Source: Oceanispirochaeta sp.
Lineage (GTDB): Bacteria > Spirochaetota > Spirochaetia > DSM-2461
DNA length: 64,000 nt
Assembly: GCA_963663385.2 (NCBI GenBank)
Contig: CAXXXD010000004.1
Location: forward strand, 192,001 to 256,000
Reading direction: 5' to 3'
The notes beneath the pieces were generated by a model. It searched no databases, was not told the origin of the DNA, and saw nothing but the letters and a program-made list of their open reading frames with translations. The position numbers and the translations under genes are program-made. This document shows positions 17,626 to 26,333 of the stretch, in pieces; the stretch's first letter is position 1; the number at the start of each line of letters is the position of its first letter.

Positions 17626-19776
17626 TCAGGAATCCCCGACTTCATCCGCAGGAAGAGCCCGGGCGGCAATTTTAAAGGCCGCAATAATCAGAGCCGTCAG
17701 GGCTGCGGCAATAGATATATAAAGGGGATTGTGTCCCTCAGCAATCTGGTAAAAGAGGGTGGATACAATCCAGGCTATCAAAGTCAGATACAGGGCCTGG
17801 AGCAGACCGAAACGAACATTGATCTCTTTCATGGACGTTCCTATGGCCGCCACGCAGGGCATATACAGAAGGATGAAAAGCAGGTAGGCATAAGCTGCCG
17901 CCGGTGTGAATCTTGACTTCAGGATTAACAGACCGGTGGATGATCCCGCGGAAGAGGCAATATTTCCCAGCTGGCTGTAGATGGCATTCAGAGTTCCCAC
18001 CACAGACTCTTTGGCAAATACTCCCGTAAAGAGTCCGACTGTAGCAGGCCAGTTGTCATCTGTTATACCTATGGAAGAGAACAGGGGGGTAAGAAAACGG
18101 CCGAGAGAGGCCAGCAGAGAGCCCGTAACATTTTCCGGATTGAATCCCCCGCTCAGGCTCAGGGAAGAGAACAGGGACATAATAAAAACGGCAATGATAA
18201 TAACCTCGCCGGCCCGTCTGATAAAGTCTTTGACTCTGGCCCAGGTATGAAGCAGAATATGCTTGGCCCGGGGAACATGGTATCGGGGCAGCTCCATAAT
18301 CAGATGGGAAGGTTCTCCCCTGAAGAGGGTCACTTTTATCAGAAGACCTGACAGAACCGCAACAAGGATCCCTGTCATATACAGGGAAAATACTACCAAT
18401 CCGGTTTTTTCGGGGAAAAAGGCTGCCGCAAAGAGGGCGTAGACCGGAAGCCTGGCTCCGCAGGACATCATGGGGACCATAAAGATTGTAATCATTCGGT
18501 CCCGCTTGTTATCAAGGGTTCTGGTGGCCAGAATAGCCGGCACGGTACAGCCGAAACCCACTATCATGGGAACAAAGGCTTTACCGGGGAGGCCGAGTTT
18601 TCCCATAAAGCTGTCCATAACAAAAGCTGCTCTGGCCATATAGCCGGAGTCTTCCAGCAGCGAAAGCATAAGGAACATAAAGAATACGAAGGGTATAAAG
18701 GATATTACCATCTGTATACCGGCTCCTATGCCGTCCGCTGCAAAGAATGAGATAATTTCCGGCGCTCCGATTGTCTCCAGGAGCGATCCCAATCCGTCTA
18801 CAAACACCATCCCGGCCAGATGATCAAACCAGCCGACAAAATAATTCCCGATTTCAATCGTGACAAAGAATACGAGCATCATTATTCCGAAGAATATGGG
18901 AATGCCGAAGAAGGGGTGCATTACAACAGAATCCACCATATCGTTGATAGATTTTACCTGTCTGATCCGCTTAACAACTTCCCGGCTGATGCCGTTTACC
19001 GCGCCGTAGACATAATCGGCTATAATCATATCGGGTGTTTCATTCAGGATATGTTTTATATGATCCAGCTCCGAAGAAATTTCGTCTTTGCTCAGGAGCC
19101 CTTCACCTGTTACGGCAGAACTGATCCAGGGATCCTCCTCAATCAGCCGGAGAGTCATCCATCGGGAATCAATATTGAGCTGTGCCGCTTTATCTTCAAG
19201 TATGGCCTGCCAGTTTTTTACCAGATCTTCTATTTCGTTGGGATATTTCAGGTCAGCCGACGAACAGGGCTGGAGCTCGGAGTTCTTCTCCAGAAAATCC
19301 TTCATCCGGGGGATGTCACCCTGGCTGACGGCGCTTACTCCTAATACAGGACATTTAAGATGAGCCGACAGGTGTTCGATATCAATCTGGTAGCCGCTGC
19401 TTTCGGCCAGATCCATCATATTCAATACGACAACGACGGGGACTCTCATTTCAATCAACTGGGCTGTCAGATACATATTTCTGGACAGATTTGTTGCGTC
19501 TAGGATATTTACTACAAGATCCGCTTTGCCGCTCAGTATATAATCTCTGGATACCCTCTCATCTTCCGTATTGGGTGAAAGGGAGTAAATCCCGGGAAGA
19601 TCTACGATATTATAGTTTTTATTATTGTATACGTATCGGCCTTCCACCCTTTCCACGGTAACGCCCGGCCAATTTCCAATCTGCTGCTTTGCTCCGGTCA
19701 GAGCATTAAACAGAGAGCTTTTACCGCAGTTCGGATTGCCGGTAAATGCAAGAGTTAAATCATTTTTGTGTGACAT
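17626..19776 (-). CDS. feoB: Ferrous iron transport protein B
   Basis: GNPNCGKS, GNWPGVTVE, DLPGIYS, LEDSGYMARAAF, GFGC, MSCGARLPVY. Confidence 0.97.
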   Translation of the reverse strand: MSHKNDLTLAFTGNPNCGKSSLFNALTGAKQQIGNWPGVTVERVEGRYVYNNKNYNIVDLPGIYSLSPNTEDERVSRDYILSGKADLVVNILDATNLSRNMYLTAQLIEMRVPVVVVLNMMDLAESSGYQIDIEHLSAHLKCPVLGVSAVSQGDIPRMKDFLEKNSELQPCSSADLKYPNEIEDLVKNWQAILEDKAAQLNIDSRWMTLRLIEEDPWISSAVTGEGLLSKDEISSELDHIKHILNETPDMIIADYVYGAVNGISREVVKRIRQVKSINDMVDSVVMHPFFGIPIFFGIMMLVFFVTIEIGNYFVGWFDHLAGMVFVDGLGSLLETIGAPEIISFFAADGIGAGIQMVISFIPFVFFMFLMLSLLEDSGYMARAAFVMDSFMGKLGLPGKAFVPMIVGFGCTVPAILATRTLDNKRDRMITIFMVPMMSCGARLPVYALFAAAFFPEKTGLVVFSLYMTGILVAVLSGLLIKVTLFRGEPSHLIMELPRYHVPRAKHILLHTWARVKDFIRRAGEVIIIAVFIMSLFSSLSLSGGFNPENVTGSLLASLGRFLTPLFSSIGITDDNWPATVGLFTGVFAKESVVGTLNAIYSQLGNIASSAGSSTGLLILKSRFTPAAAYAYLLFILLYMPCVAAIGTSMKEINVRFGLLQALYLTLIAWIVSTLFYQIAEGHNPLYISIAAALTALIIAAFKIAARALPADEVGDS

Positions 19777-19981
19777 TGATATGTTTTGCCATCCCTCGTC
19801 CGATCATTATCTGGGATCCCTGAACAGACAGAACCATAGGGCCCATCCTGTTGGCACGTACCACGGTTATTTCTGATCCCGGTATCATTCCAAGGTTGAC
19901 AAGCTTCTGTCTGAGATGACGTCCTCCGTGTATGGATTCTACAATGGCTGCTTTTCCTGGTTCCAATTCAGACAAGCTCAC
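19760..19981 (-). CDS. feoA: Ferrous iron transport protein A
   Basis: 'LRQKLVNLGMIPGSEITV...GPMVLSVQGSQIMIGRGMAKHI'; lies directly upstream of feoB. Confidence 0.93.
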   Translation of the reverse strand: MSLSELEPGKAAIVESIHGGRHLRQKLVNLGMIPGSEITVVRANRMGPMVLSVQGSQIMIGRGMAKHINVTQK

Positions 19982-20032
19982 ACTTACCTCCCCCGGATAG
20001 TATTTTTTTTAAATTTTATCGGTAACAATATT

Positions 20033-20075
20033 TTAGTCTAAGTTAACAATCCCTTGTGAATTAGTCAATTCTAAC
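20033..20075 (-). promoter_or_regulatory. feoAB promoter with two TTAG-N6-(C/T)TAA boxes (putative metalloregulator sites)
   Basis: TTAGtctaagTTAA (20033-46) and TTAGtcaattCTAA (20061-74); minus-strand TTGACT, 17 bp, TAACTT. Confidence 0.6.
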
Positions 20076-20184
20076 AAGTCTCGTCCCATCTATTATTTTC
20101 GAATAATCAGCATAGCCGGTTCCGACTAATCAGTTCCTGAGGACTGTACCGGTCAGAGTATGAAAAATCGGAAAACAGAATGAC

Positions 20185-20219
20185 AAAAAAAAATCCTGTC
20201 AGCCAGGGGGCCGACAGGA
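20185..20219 (-). terminator. Intrinsic terminator after the Cys-rich feo gene
   Basis: TCCTGTC...GACAGGA stem followed by a T-run on the minus strand. Confidence 0.7.
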
Positions 20220-20257
20220 ACCTTTTCATTCAAATACAGAAATTCCGGTAGATTGAA

Positions 20258-20425
20258 TCAGGTGGTATGACTTTTTTCTACAGATGCATCGCAGCTTCCC
20301 GCCATGGGGCAGGAGCTGCAACCGGAACAGGGTACCCCCTTTTTTTTATCCCGGATGATTTTCCAGACCGCTCCGCCAATCAGCACGGCAACTGTCAACA
20401 GAATAATAATATCTGTTCCTTTCAT
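20258..20425 (-). CDS. FeoB-associated Cys-rich membrane protein (55 aa)
   Basis: MKGTDIIILLTVAVLIGGAVWKIIRDKKKGVPCSGCSSCPMAGSC...; ATG 20425 lies immediately after the feoB stop. Confidence 0.9.
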   Translation of the reverse strand: MKGTDIIILLTVAVLIGGAVWKIIRDKKKGVPCSGCSSCPMAGSCDASVEKSHTT

Positions 20426-20427
20426 AA

Positions 20428-22431
20428 TCAAACCGCCTTTAGAGGTCCGGTTGCAGCCTTTCTTCCGCCGGTTACAGCAAGGAAGAAAATTATCCCGGCT
20501 ATAGCGGCAACTCCGATCAGGCCTCCCAGGAACCCGGCTCCAAAAAATCCTGTTGTCAGCAGGGTTCCCAGCTGGTACACCAGGTAGGCAATAACGTATC
20601 CGGTTCCCAGCTGGAATCCGATGGCTCCCCATATCCACTTTCTGGATTCCATTTCAGAGTTCATGGCACCGATCGCGGCAAAACAGGGGGGGGTAAAGAG
20701 ATTGAATACCAGGTAGGAGAGGGCCGCTACAGCGCCAATCCCGAATACGGACATTACTTCGGAGCTTCCCGATACCAGAGCCAGCTCTTCCACATCAATG
20801 AAGTTCGTGATGGAGAAGGTTACAGCCAGGGTCCCGACCACATTCTCCTTGGCAATAAAGCCGGTAATAGCTGCGGCGGCAAACTGCCATATCCCGAATC
20901 CCAGAGGAATAAACAGCCAGGCAAGGGGGGAGGCCATTGATGCAAGGATGCTGGTTTCGGGCATGGATTCTGCCACAACCTGAAACTGCCAGTTGAAGGT
21001 TTGAAGAAGCTGTACGACGGCATTACAAACCAGAATGATGGTTCCGGCCTTGATGATAAACGCTTTGGCCCGGCTTATCATGGAAATGGCGGCTCTCTTG
21101 AAACTGGGGAAGCGGTACTCGGGGAGTTCCATTAAAAAATAGGATTTTGAGTTATCCCCTGTAATCTTCCGTATGATCAGACCACTGAGGATAATCATGG
21201 CGATGGCCAGGAAGTACATGGATGTTCCCACCCAGGCATTATCATCGAAGAATACTCCCGCAAAGAGGGCAATAATGGGCAGTTTGGCGCCGCATGGCAT
21301 AAAGGGCGCCAGCATGGCAGTTGTTCGTCTCTGCCTCTCGTTTTTAATGGTTCGAGTAGCCATAATGCCGGGGATGGCACAACCTGTACTGACAATCATG
21401 GGGATGATGGATTTCCCTGAAAGGCCGATTTTCTTGAAGAACCTGTCCATAATAACAGCAACCCGGGCCATATAGCCGGAATCTTCCAGAAGGGCCAGCA
21501 TAAAAAACAGTACCATAATCAGGGGCAGGAATCCAACTACGGCACCAACCCCGCCGATAATACCGTCCAGCAGCAGTGAGCTTAGTACCGGGTTCGCATT
21601 CTCTCCTATGGCTCCTTCTGCCAGGCCGTAGAATCCGTCAATCCAGCCGACAAAAAGATCGGCCAGCCAGGGGCCGACCCATGACTGGGAGATGGAGAAA
21701 ACAAGCCAGATCACAACCGCAAAGATGGGGAGCCCCAGCCATTTGTGAGCAATAATCCGGTCTGCCCTGTCCTGCAGGGTCTGAGTAGAGGACTCAATCT
21801 TTCTTCTCTCTACCTGATCGACAATGCTGCCGACAAAATCAAAACGTTTTTTATCATAGGCTTCCGACTCTTCTTTCGTTGAAGCATCTTTGATACCCCG
21901 GATGCGGGGAGCCGCCTGTTTTCTGCTTTCTTCCTTTACATGGATAACCGCATCAATCAGATCCGACAGGCCGTTAGCGCTGTCTCTGGTTGCTACTGTT
22001 TCAATGACGGGGCACTTCAGGGTTTCGCTTAGAAGCTGGTTGTCGATGATGATATTTTTTTTTGCGTTTACATCACTTTTATTCAGAGCCACAACTACAG
22101 GGATTCCCATTTCAAGCAGCTGTGTCGTAAAAAACAGACTTCTGCTGAGATTGCCCGCATCAACAATATTGACAATTACATCGGGCGACTCGTTTATCAC
22201 AAACTCTCTTGTAATAGATTCTTCACTGGTGTAGGGAGACATGGAGTAAGCCCCGGGCAGATCGACGACTGTTATTTTCTGCCGATTGGGATTTAAGGAG
22301 GACTTTACGGATCCTTCTTTTTTTTCTACGGTTACGCCGGGCCAGTTGCCCACATGTTCAATTTTTCCGGTAATGGCATTGAACAGTGTTGTCTTTCCAC
22401 TGTTGGGGTTACCGGTTAAGGCAATTTTCAT
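20428..22431 (-). CDS. feoB: Ferrous iron transport protein B (second, divergent copy)
   Basis: GNPNSGKT, GNWPGVTVE, DLPGAYS, NKSD, LEDSGYMARVA, MPCGAKLP. Confidence 0.97.
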   Translation of the reverse strand: MKIALTGNPNSGKTTLFNAITGKIEHVGNWPGVTVEKKEGSVKSSLNPNRQKITVVDLPGAYSMSPYTSEESITREFVINESPDVIVNIVDAGNLSRSLFFTTQLLEMGIPVVVALNKSDVNAKKNIIIDNQLLSETLKCPVIETVATRDSANGLSDLIDAVIHVKEESRKQAAPRIRGIKDASTKEESEAYDKKRFDFVGSIVDQVERRKIESSTQTLQDRADRIIAHKWLGLPIFAVVIWLVFSISQSWVGPWLADLFVGWIDGFYGLAEGAIGENANPVLSSLLLDGIIGGVGAVVGFLPLIMVLFFMLALLEDSGYMARVAVIMDRFFKKIGLSGKSIIPMIVSTGCAIPGIMATRTIKNERQRRTTAMLAPFMPCGAKLPIIALFAGVFFDDNAWVGTSMYFLAIAMIILSGLIIRKITGDNSKSYFLMELPEYRFPSFKRAAISMISRAKAFIIKAGTIILVCNAVVQLLQTFNWQFQVVAESMPETSILASMASPLAWLFIPLGFGIWQFAAAAITGFIAKENVVGTLAVTFSITNFIDVEELALVSGSSEVMSVFGIGAVAALSYLVFNLFTPPCFAAIGAMNSEMESRKWIWGAIGFQLGTGYVIAYLVYQLGTLLTTGFFGAGFLGGLIGVAAIAGIIFFLAVTGGRKAATGPLKAV

Positions 22432-22488
22432 TCTATTCTCCTATGTTTTATTTACGTAACAAAGTTAGACAAAGCTTTCTTTCGGGCT

Positions 22489-22514
22489 AAAAAAACTGAT
22501 CCCTTCGGGATCAG
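22489..22514 (-). terminator. Terminator-like hairpin between feoA and feoB (second locus)
   Basis: CTGATCCC-gaa-GGGATCAG followed by TTTTTTT on the minus strand. Confidence 0.65.
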
Positions 22515-22530
22515 ATAGTACCTGAGCAGC

Positions 22531-22806
22531 TCAGATAGCTTTTGAGCTGTAATTCAGGGAAGAATCAGATTTGGCAGTCTGGATCTCGATCGCTGCCGCA
22601 AGGTCTTCATCTATACTGTAACGGGCGTCCTTTACATTGATAATGTAATTTGAACAGAGCTGTGAGATCAGGGTAATGTCCTCTCCGGGATAGCAGCCCA
22701 GGGTAAAGAGAAACTCGCGCATTCCTTCCTCGTTCGCATTGATCGTGGTGATGTTATATTTCCGGTTAATAGCGCCTTCTTTCAGCATCATGATTTTTGC
22801 CTCCAT
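22531..22806 (-). CDS. feoA: FeoA family protein (second copy)
   Basis: 'MREFLFTLGCYPGEDITLIS...YIINVKDARYSIDEDLAAAI'. Confidence 0.88.
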   Translation of the reverse strand: MEAKIMMLKEGAINRKYNITTINANEEGMREFLFTLGCYPGEDITLISQLCSNYIINVKDARYSIDEDLAAAIEIQTAKSDSSLNYSSKAI

Positions 22807-22836
22807 GATATATCTGTCTTTTTCAGCTTATAAATT

Positions 22837-22883
22837 AGTTTATCAAGGTTAACTTCCTCTGTCAATAGTTAGCTGTGTCTAAC
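22837..22883 (-). promoter_or_regulatory. Promoter of the second feo locus with a GTTAG-N6-CTAAC box
   Basis: Minus-strand TTGACA (22865-60), 17 bp, TAAACT (22842-37); GTTAGctgtgtCTAAC at 22868-22883. Confidence 0.7.
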
Positions 22884-22943
22884 ATTGAATGGAACTGCTT
22901 TTTGTGTGAGAGTAGTGTAATTTAAAGGTTTTTTTTGATGGGT

Positions 22944-23309
22944 TATCCTCCGATCCAGCTTATCAGAGGAAGATATTCCCCGGTTGGAATTCCATAGAAA
23001 ACCGGCAGCACCGCTCCCGTCAAAGCTGCTGTCGGAGAAATAATGGAAACTGATCCACAGGACAGTCCATGATAGAGGATCCCCACGCCTATGGCCCCCG
23101 ATATCCCGGCGGCCATTCCCCATATGAGATCCCGGAGAGCGACTGATGGGGCTCCCAGCAGGGGGGGAGGCGATCAATGCTATCAACAGTCCCATCCCCT
23201 GAGACCAGACTGCAACCGTAATGGCAGAATTCTTCCGTGAAGCCAAAACGCCGTAAAAATCGGCGGCTCCGTATGTTAAAGCCGAGAGTGAAGAGAAAAG
23301 TATAACCAT
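22944..23309 (-). pseudogene. Degraded EamA/DMT transporter (two frameshifts, truncated)
   Basis: 'SALTYGAADFYG..ASRKNSAITVAVWSQ' breaks at the G-run near 23161. A second frame continues 'LLGAPSVALRDLIWGMAAGISGAIGVGILYHGLSCGSVSIISPTAALTGAVLPV', and a third frame gives 'YGIPTGEYLPLISWIGG*'. Confidence 0.8.
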
Positions 23310-23482
23310 ACAGGGACTGTACCGTTTCCTGTTATATTGGGGAATCTCATGTTCTTTTCAGTCTGATCACTGAATAACGAATTGATGGTTCTCCGGGGGT
23401 GTTAATAGATTTTTAAACAGGAGAAATCAGGAAGAAGATGTCCTTAATAATTAAAATGCGGAGTATTGAATAATCCCGGTGG

Positions 23483-24292
23483 TTGAAGCTAAGATCCATC
23501 CAGATGCAGAAAAAAACTGTTAATCACAAAGTTCTTTATATTGTCTCCTCCCACAATCAGGTTCTGGAAGCCTGGGAAGCTGCGCCCGGTCTGAACGTTT
23601 TCTCTCTGGATTACCATACCGATACAAGGGGCGCCTTTCAGAACTACTCCTACTGGAGAGCGGACAGTGAAGTAAAAGCCGGGAAGTGCGGTGATCAGGA
23701 TAAGAGAACCGGTGAATTGAAGGTTGAAAAGATCCGGCAGTACCTGGATGGCCGGGTAAGCATTGATCGGATTAATGATAATCTGAGGCATGATGAACAT
23801 ATCGATTTTGCGGTTCGCACCAATCTGATTGATACGGCTTTTATCCTGTCTGCAAACAGGAATGAGTCAAGTTCCAATCCCAATGTCTTTATTGTAAATA
23901 GTGATGAGACCTATCAGAATCAGAGGATAATCGAGTACTCTCCCTTATGTGTTCCGGACTGCCGGAAAAGCATTCATGACGGGGCGTGTAAGACCCTGAG
24001 GGCCGACAGTGCAATTGAGGACTCTTTTCTGGCAGAGGCTGTCTACAGAGCCAGCTCTTTCAAGAGTAATTTTTTTGATAATTATATTCTGGATATTGAC
24101 TGTGATTACTTTAATACAGACCAGAGCCTTTTTCCCGGGCATATGGATGTGTTTCTGCGTCTGATCCGGGAAGCCAGTTTTTTGACGATTGCCCTGGAGC
24201 CGGAATGCGTTAAAATCTGCCGTCAGGACGACTGCGGGCTGACCAGTGATACGATACTGCAGAGGCTTATTGAAATTATTGAAAAGGGGTAG
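23483..24292 (+). CDS. UPF0489-like protein (putative metallohydrolase); the start may be ATG 23504
   Basis: 'SHNQVLEAW', 'SLDYHTD', 'HDEHI', 'ILDIDCDYF' motifs. Confidence 0.65.
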   Translation: MKLRSIQMQKKTVNHKVLYIVSSHNQVLEAWEAAPGLNVFSLDYHTDTRGAFQNYSYWRADSEVKAGKCGDQDKRTGELKVEKIRQYLDGRVSIDRINDNLRHDEHIDFAVRTNLIDTAFILSANRNESSSNPNVFIVNSDETYQNQRIIEYSPLCVPDCRKSIHDGACKTLRADSAIEDSFLAEAVYRASSFKSNFFDNYILDIDCDYFNTDQSLFPGHMDVFLRLIREASFLTIALEPECVKICRQDDCGLTSDTILQRLIEIIEKG

Positions 24293-24398
24293 ACCGTTTT
24301 TGCCCATTACCAGGTAAAGATCAGGAATTGCTCTACCCGGTACCGGTTGTCAAACCTCCGGACGGTAACGGTTTATCTCTCTCCCCTGAATTCGGTCC

Positions 24399-24815
24399 TC
24401 AGCCTTTGAAATCCGTCAGATACGATTTTATCTCATCCCTTACCCGTCTGAAAGGTTCCAGCTTCTTCTCTTCATCCTCAATGCCCTTAGCCAGTCCGGG
24501 GGGGTCATCGAACCCTTTGTGTATTCTGGTTGTCTTCCCCGGGAAATAGGGGCAGTTCTCTTCGGCATGGCCGCAGACTGTAACGACATAGTCAAAGGTT
24601 ATATCGGAAAGAGCGCTGACCAGCTTGCTTTTATGCATGGAAATATCTATGCCGGCCTCTTTCATTACCCGCACCGCATCGGGGTTCAGCCCATGAGTTT
24701 CAATACCGGCGGAATAAACATTGTATTCATCCCCGTGAAGATGCCGCATCCATCCTTCTGCCATCTGACTACGGCAGGAATTCCCTGTACAGAGAAACAG
24801 TATATTCTTTTTCAC
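24399..24815 (-). CDS. arsC: Arsenate reductase (thioredoxin-coupled, LMW-PTPase fold)
   Basis: 'LFLCTGNSCRSQMAEG', 'VTVCGHAEENCP', 'FDDP'. Confidence 0.9.
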   Translation of the reverse strand: MKKNILFLCTGNSCRSQMAEGWMRHLHGDEYNVYSAGIETHGLNPDAVRVMKEAGIDISMHKSKLVSALSDITFDYVVTVCGHAEENCPYFPGKTTRIHKGFDDPPGLAKGIEDEEKKLEPFRRVRDEIKSYLTDFKG

Positions 24816-24992
24816 CCGGGAACCTCCTTAAATAATATATATAAACTGTTAATTATGATGATTATAGTCATAAATGTTAAAATTGTGTGAAATTCAGAAA
24901 ATCAGTACTGAATTTCCATTTAGGATGAAAAACTTTGGAATTTCCATTATTGTATCATCTTAATACATATGATCTGTTTTTCCGGGAGTTCT

Positions 24993-26207
24993 ATGAAAAA
25001 ATCTTCAAAGAGTATCTATTTTTATTATGCTTTTCTGGCATTGACAGCACTTGGTCTGGGACTGAGTTTCGAAACCCTCTCCAACTACCTGAAAGACGCT
25101 TTTGCCGTCAATGCCCTGGAAAGGGGACTGATTGAATTCCCCAGAGAGATTCCCGGAGCGATTGTGTTCCTTGTTATCTCCTATCTGGCTTTTCTGGGAG
25201 ATATCCGTATTGCCATAATCGGTGAGACCCTCTGTGTACTCAGCATACTGCTGCTGGGATTCCTGTCTCCGGGATTTGCCGTCATGATCCTGTTATTATT
25301 TGTATTTTCTCTGGGTATGCACCTGCTGCTGCCCCTTCTGGACAGCATCGGACTGTCCCTTGTTGAGGATGAGAAAACCATGGGATCGAAACTGGGTTTT
25401 TTCAAGGGAATCTACACATCTTTTTCCATGGTTGCCATGGGGATGCTGTTTATCGGTTTCAAAACAGGTTTCTTTTCCTATACTGCCAGGGTTATCAAAC
25501 CGTTTATCCTCTGTGCCCTGTTTATGTCTCTGGCGATCGTGATCCTTTCTCTTCTGAAATCCCGGATCAGGAACCCCATATCAGCAGACCGCAAGGTTAA
25601 ATGGGTTTTCCGGAAGGAGTACAAATACTACTATGTGCTGACAATTATGACGGGAATTCAGAAGCAGATTATGTTTGTTTTCGGTCCCTGGGTTCTGATT
25701 GAAATGCTGAACAAGAAGACTGATGTTATTTCTGTGCTGTTTTTTTTCGGAACTTTCATAGGGATCTTTTTTATTCCCTGGCTGGGGAAGCTGATCGACC
25801 GCTTCGGAGTCAGGAAGCTGCTTTATGCCGATGCGATCTCTTTTGTCTTTGTTTATGCCTCCTACGGGCTTCTGACATCCGGATTCAGGAACGGAATTCT
25901 TGCCACTATTGGTATTCCCGTATTTCTGGCGTATGTTTTGATTATCCTGGATAAAATGTCCATGCAGATGTCCATTATACGAACCATTTATTTAAAGAAT
26001 ATCCTGGTGGAGGAGAGTGATCTTACAAAGACTCTGACAATGGGACTGAGTCTGGACCACTGTGTTACCATCATGTTTGCCGTACTGGGCGGGTTTATAT
26101 GGACCCGGTATGGAGCAGAATATATATTCTATGGGGTTTCCCTGCTGTCATTTGTCAATGTTTTTGTTGCCTGGAAGGTTAAGCCGGAATCTCTGAAGAT
26201 ACACTGA
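24993..26207 (+). CDS. MFS transporter
   Basis: About 12 hydrophobic segments, 'EFPREIPG', 'LGKLIDRFGVRKLL'; start ATG 24993 after GGGAG. Confidence 0.85.
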   Translation: MKKSSKSIYFYYAFLALTALGLGLSFETLSNYLKDAFAVNALERGLIEFPREIPGAIVFLVISYLAFLGDIRIAIIGETLCVLSILLLGFLSPGFAVMILLLFVFSLGMHLLLPLLDSIGLSLVEDEKTMGSKLGFFKGIYTSFSMVAMGMLFIGFKTGFFSYTARVIKPFILCALFMSLAIVILSLLKSRIRNPISADRKVKWVFRKEYKYYYVLTIMTGIQKQIMFVFGPWVLIEMLNKKTDVISVLFFFGTFIGIFFIPWLGKLIDRFGVRKLLYADAISFVFVYASYGLLTSGFRNGILATIGIPVFLAYVLIILDKMSMQMSIIRTIYLKNILVEESDLTKTLTMGLSLDHCVTIMFAVLGGFIWTRYGAEYIFYGVSLLSFVNVFVAWKVKPESLKIH

Positions 26208-26243
26208 GCCGTTTAATCAATAAGGGAAGAGGGATCCCGAATT

Positions 26244-26317
26244 AACCTCCCCCTGGCCCCTCCCGAGGAGGGGAATCATTATTGACCTCTCCCTTTGAGG
26301 GGAGATTGAGAGGGGTT
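26244..26317. repeat. REP-like nested palindromic element between convergent genes
   Basis: AACCTCCCC...GAGGGGTT outer stem enclosing CCCCTCC-cga-GGAGGGG and TCTCCC-tttgag-GGGAGA hairpins. Confidence 0.6.
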
Positions 26318-26333
26318 TGGAGAGAATGGGAAT

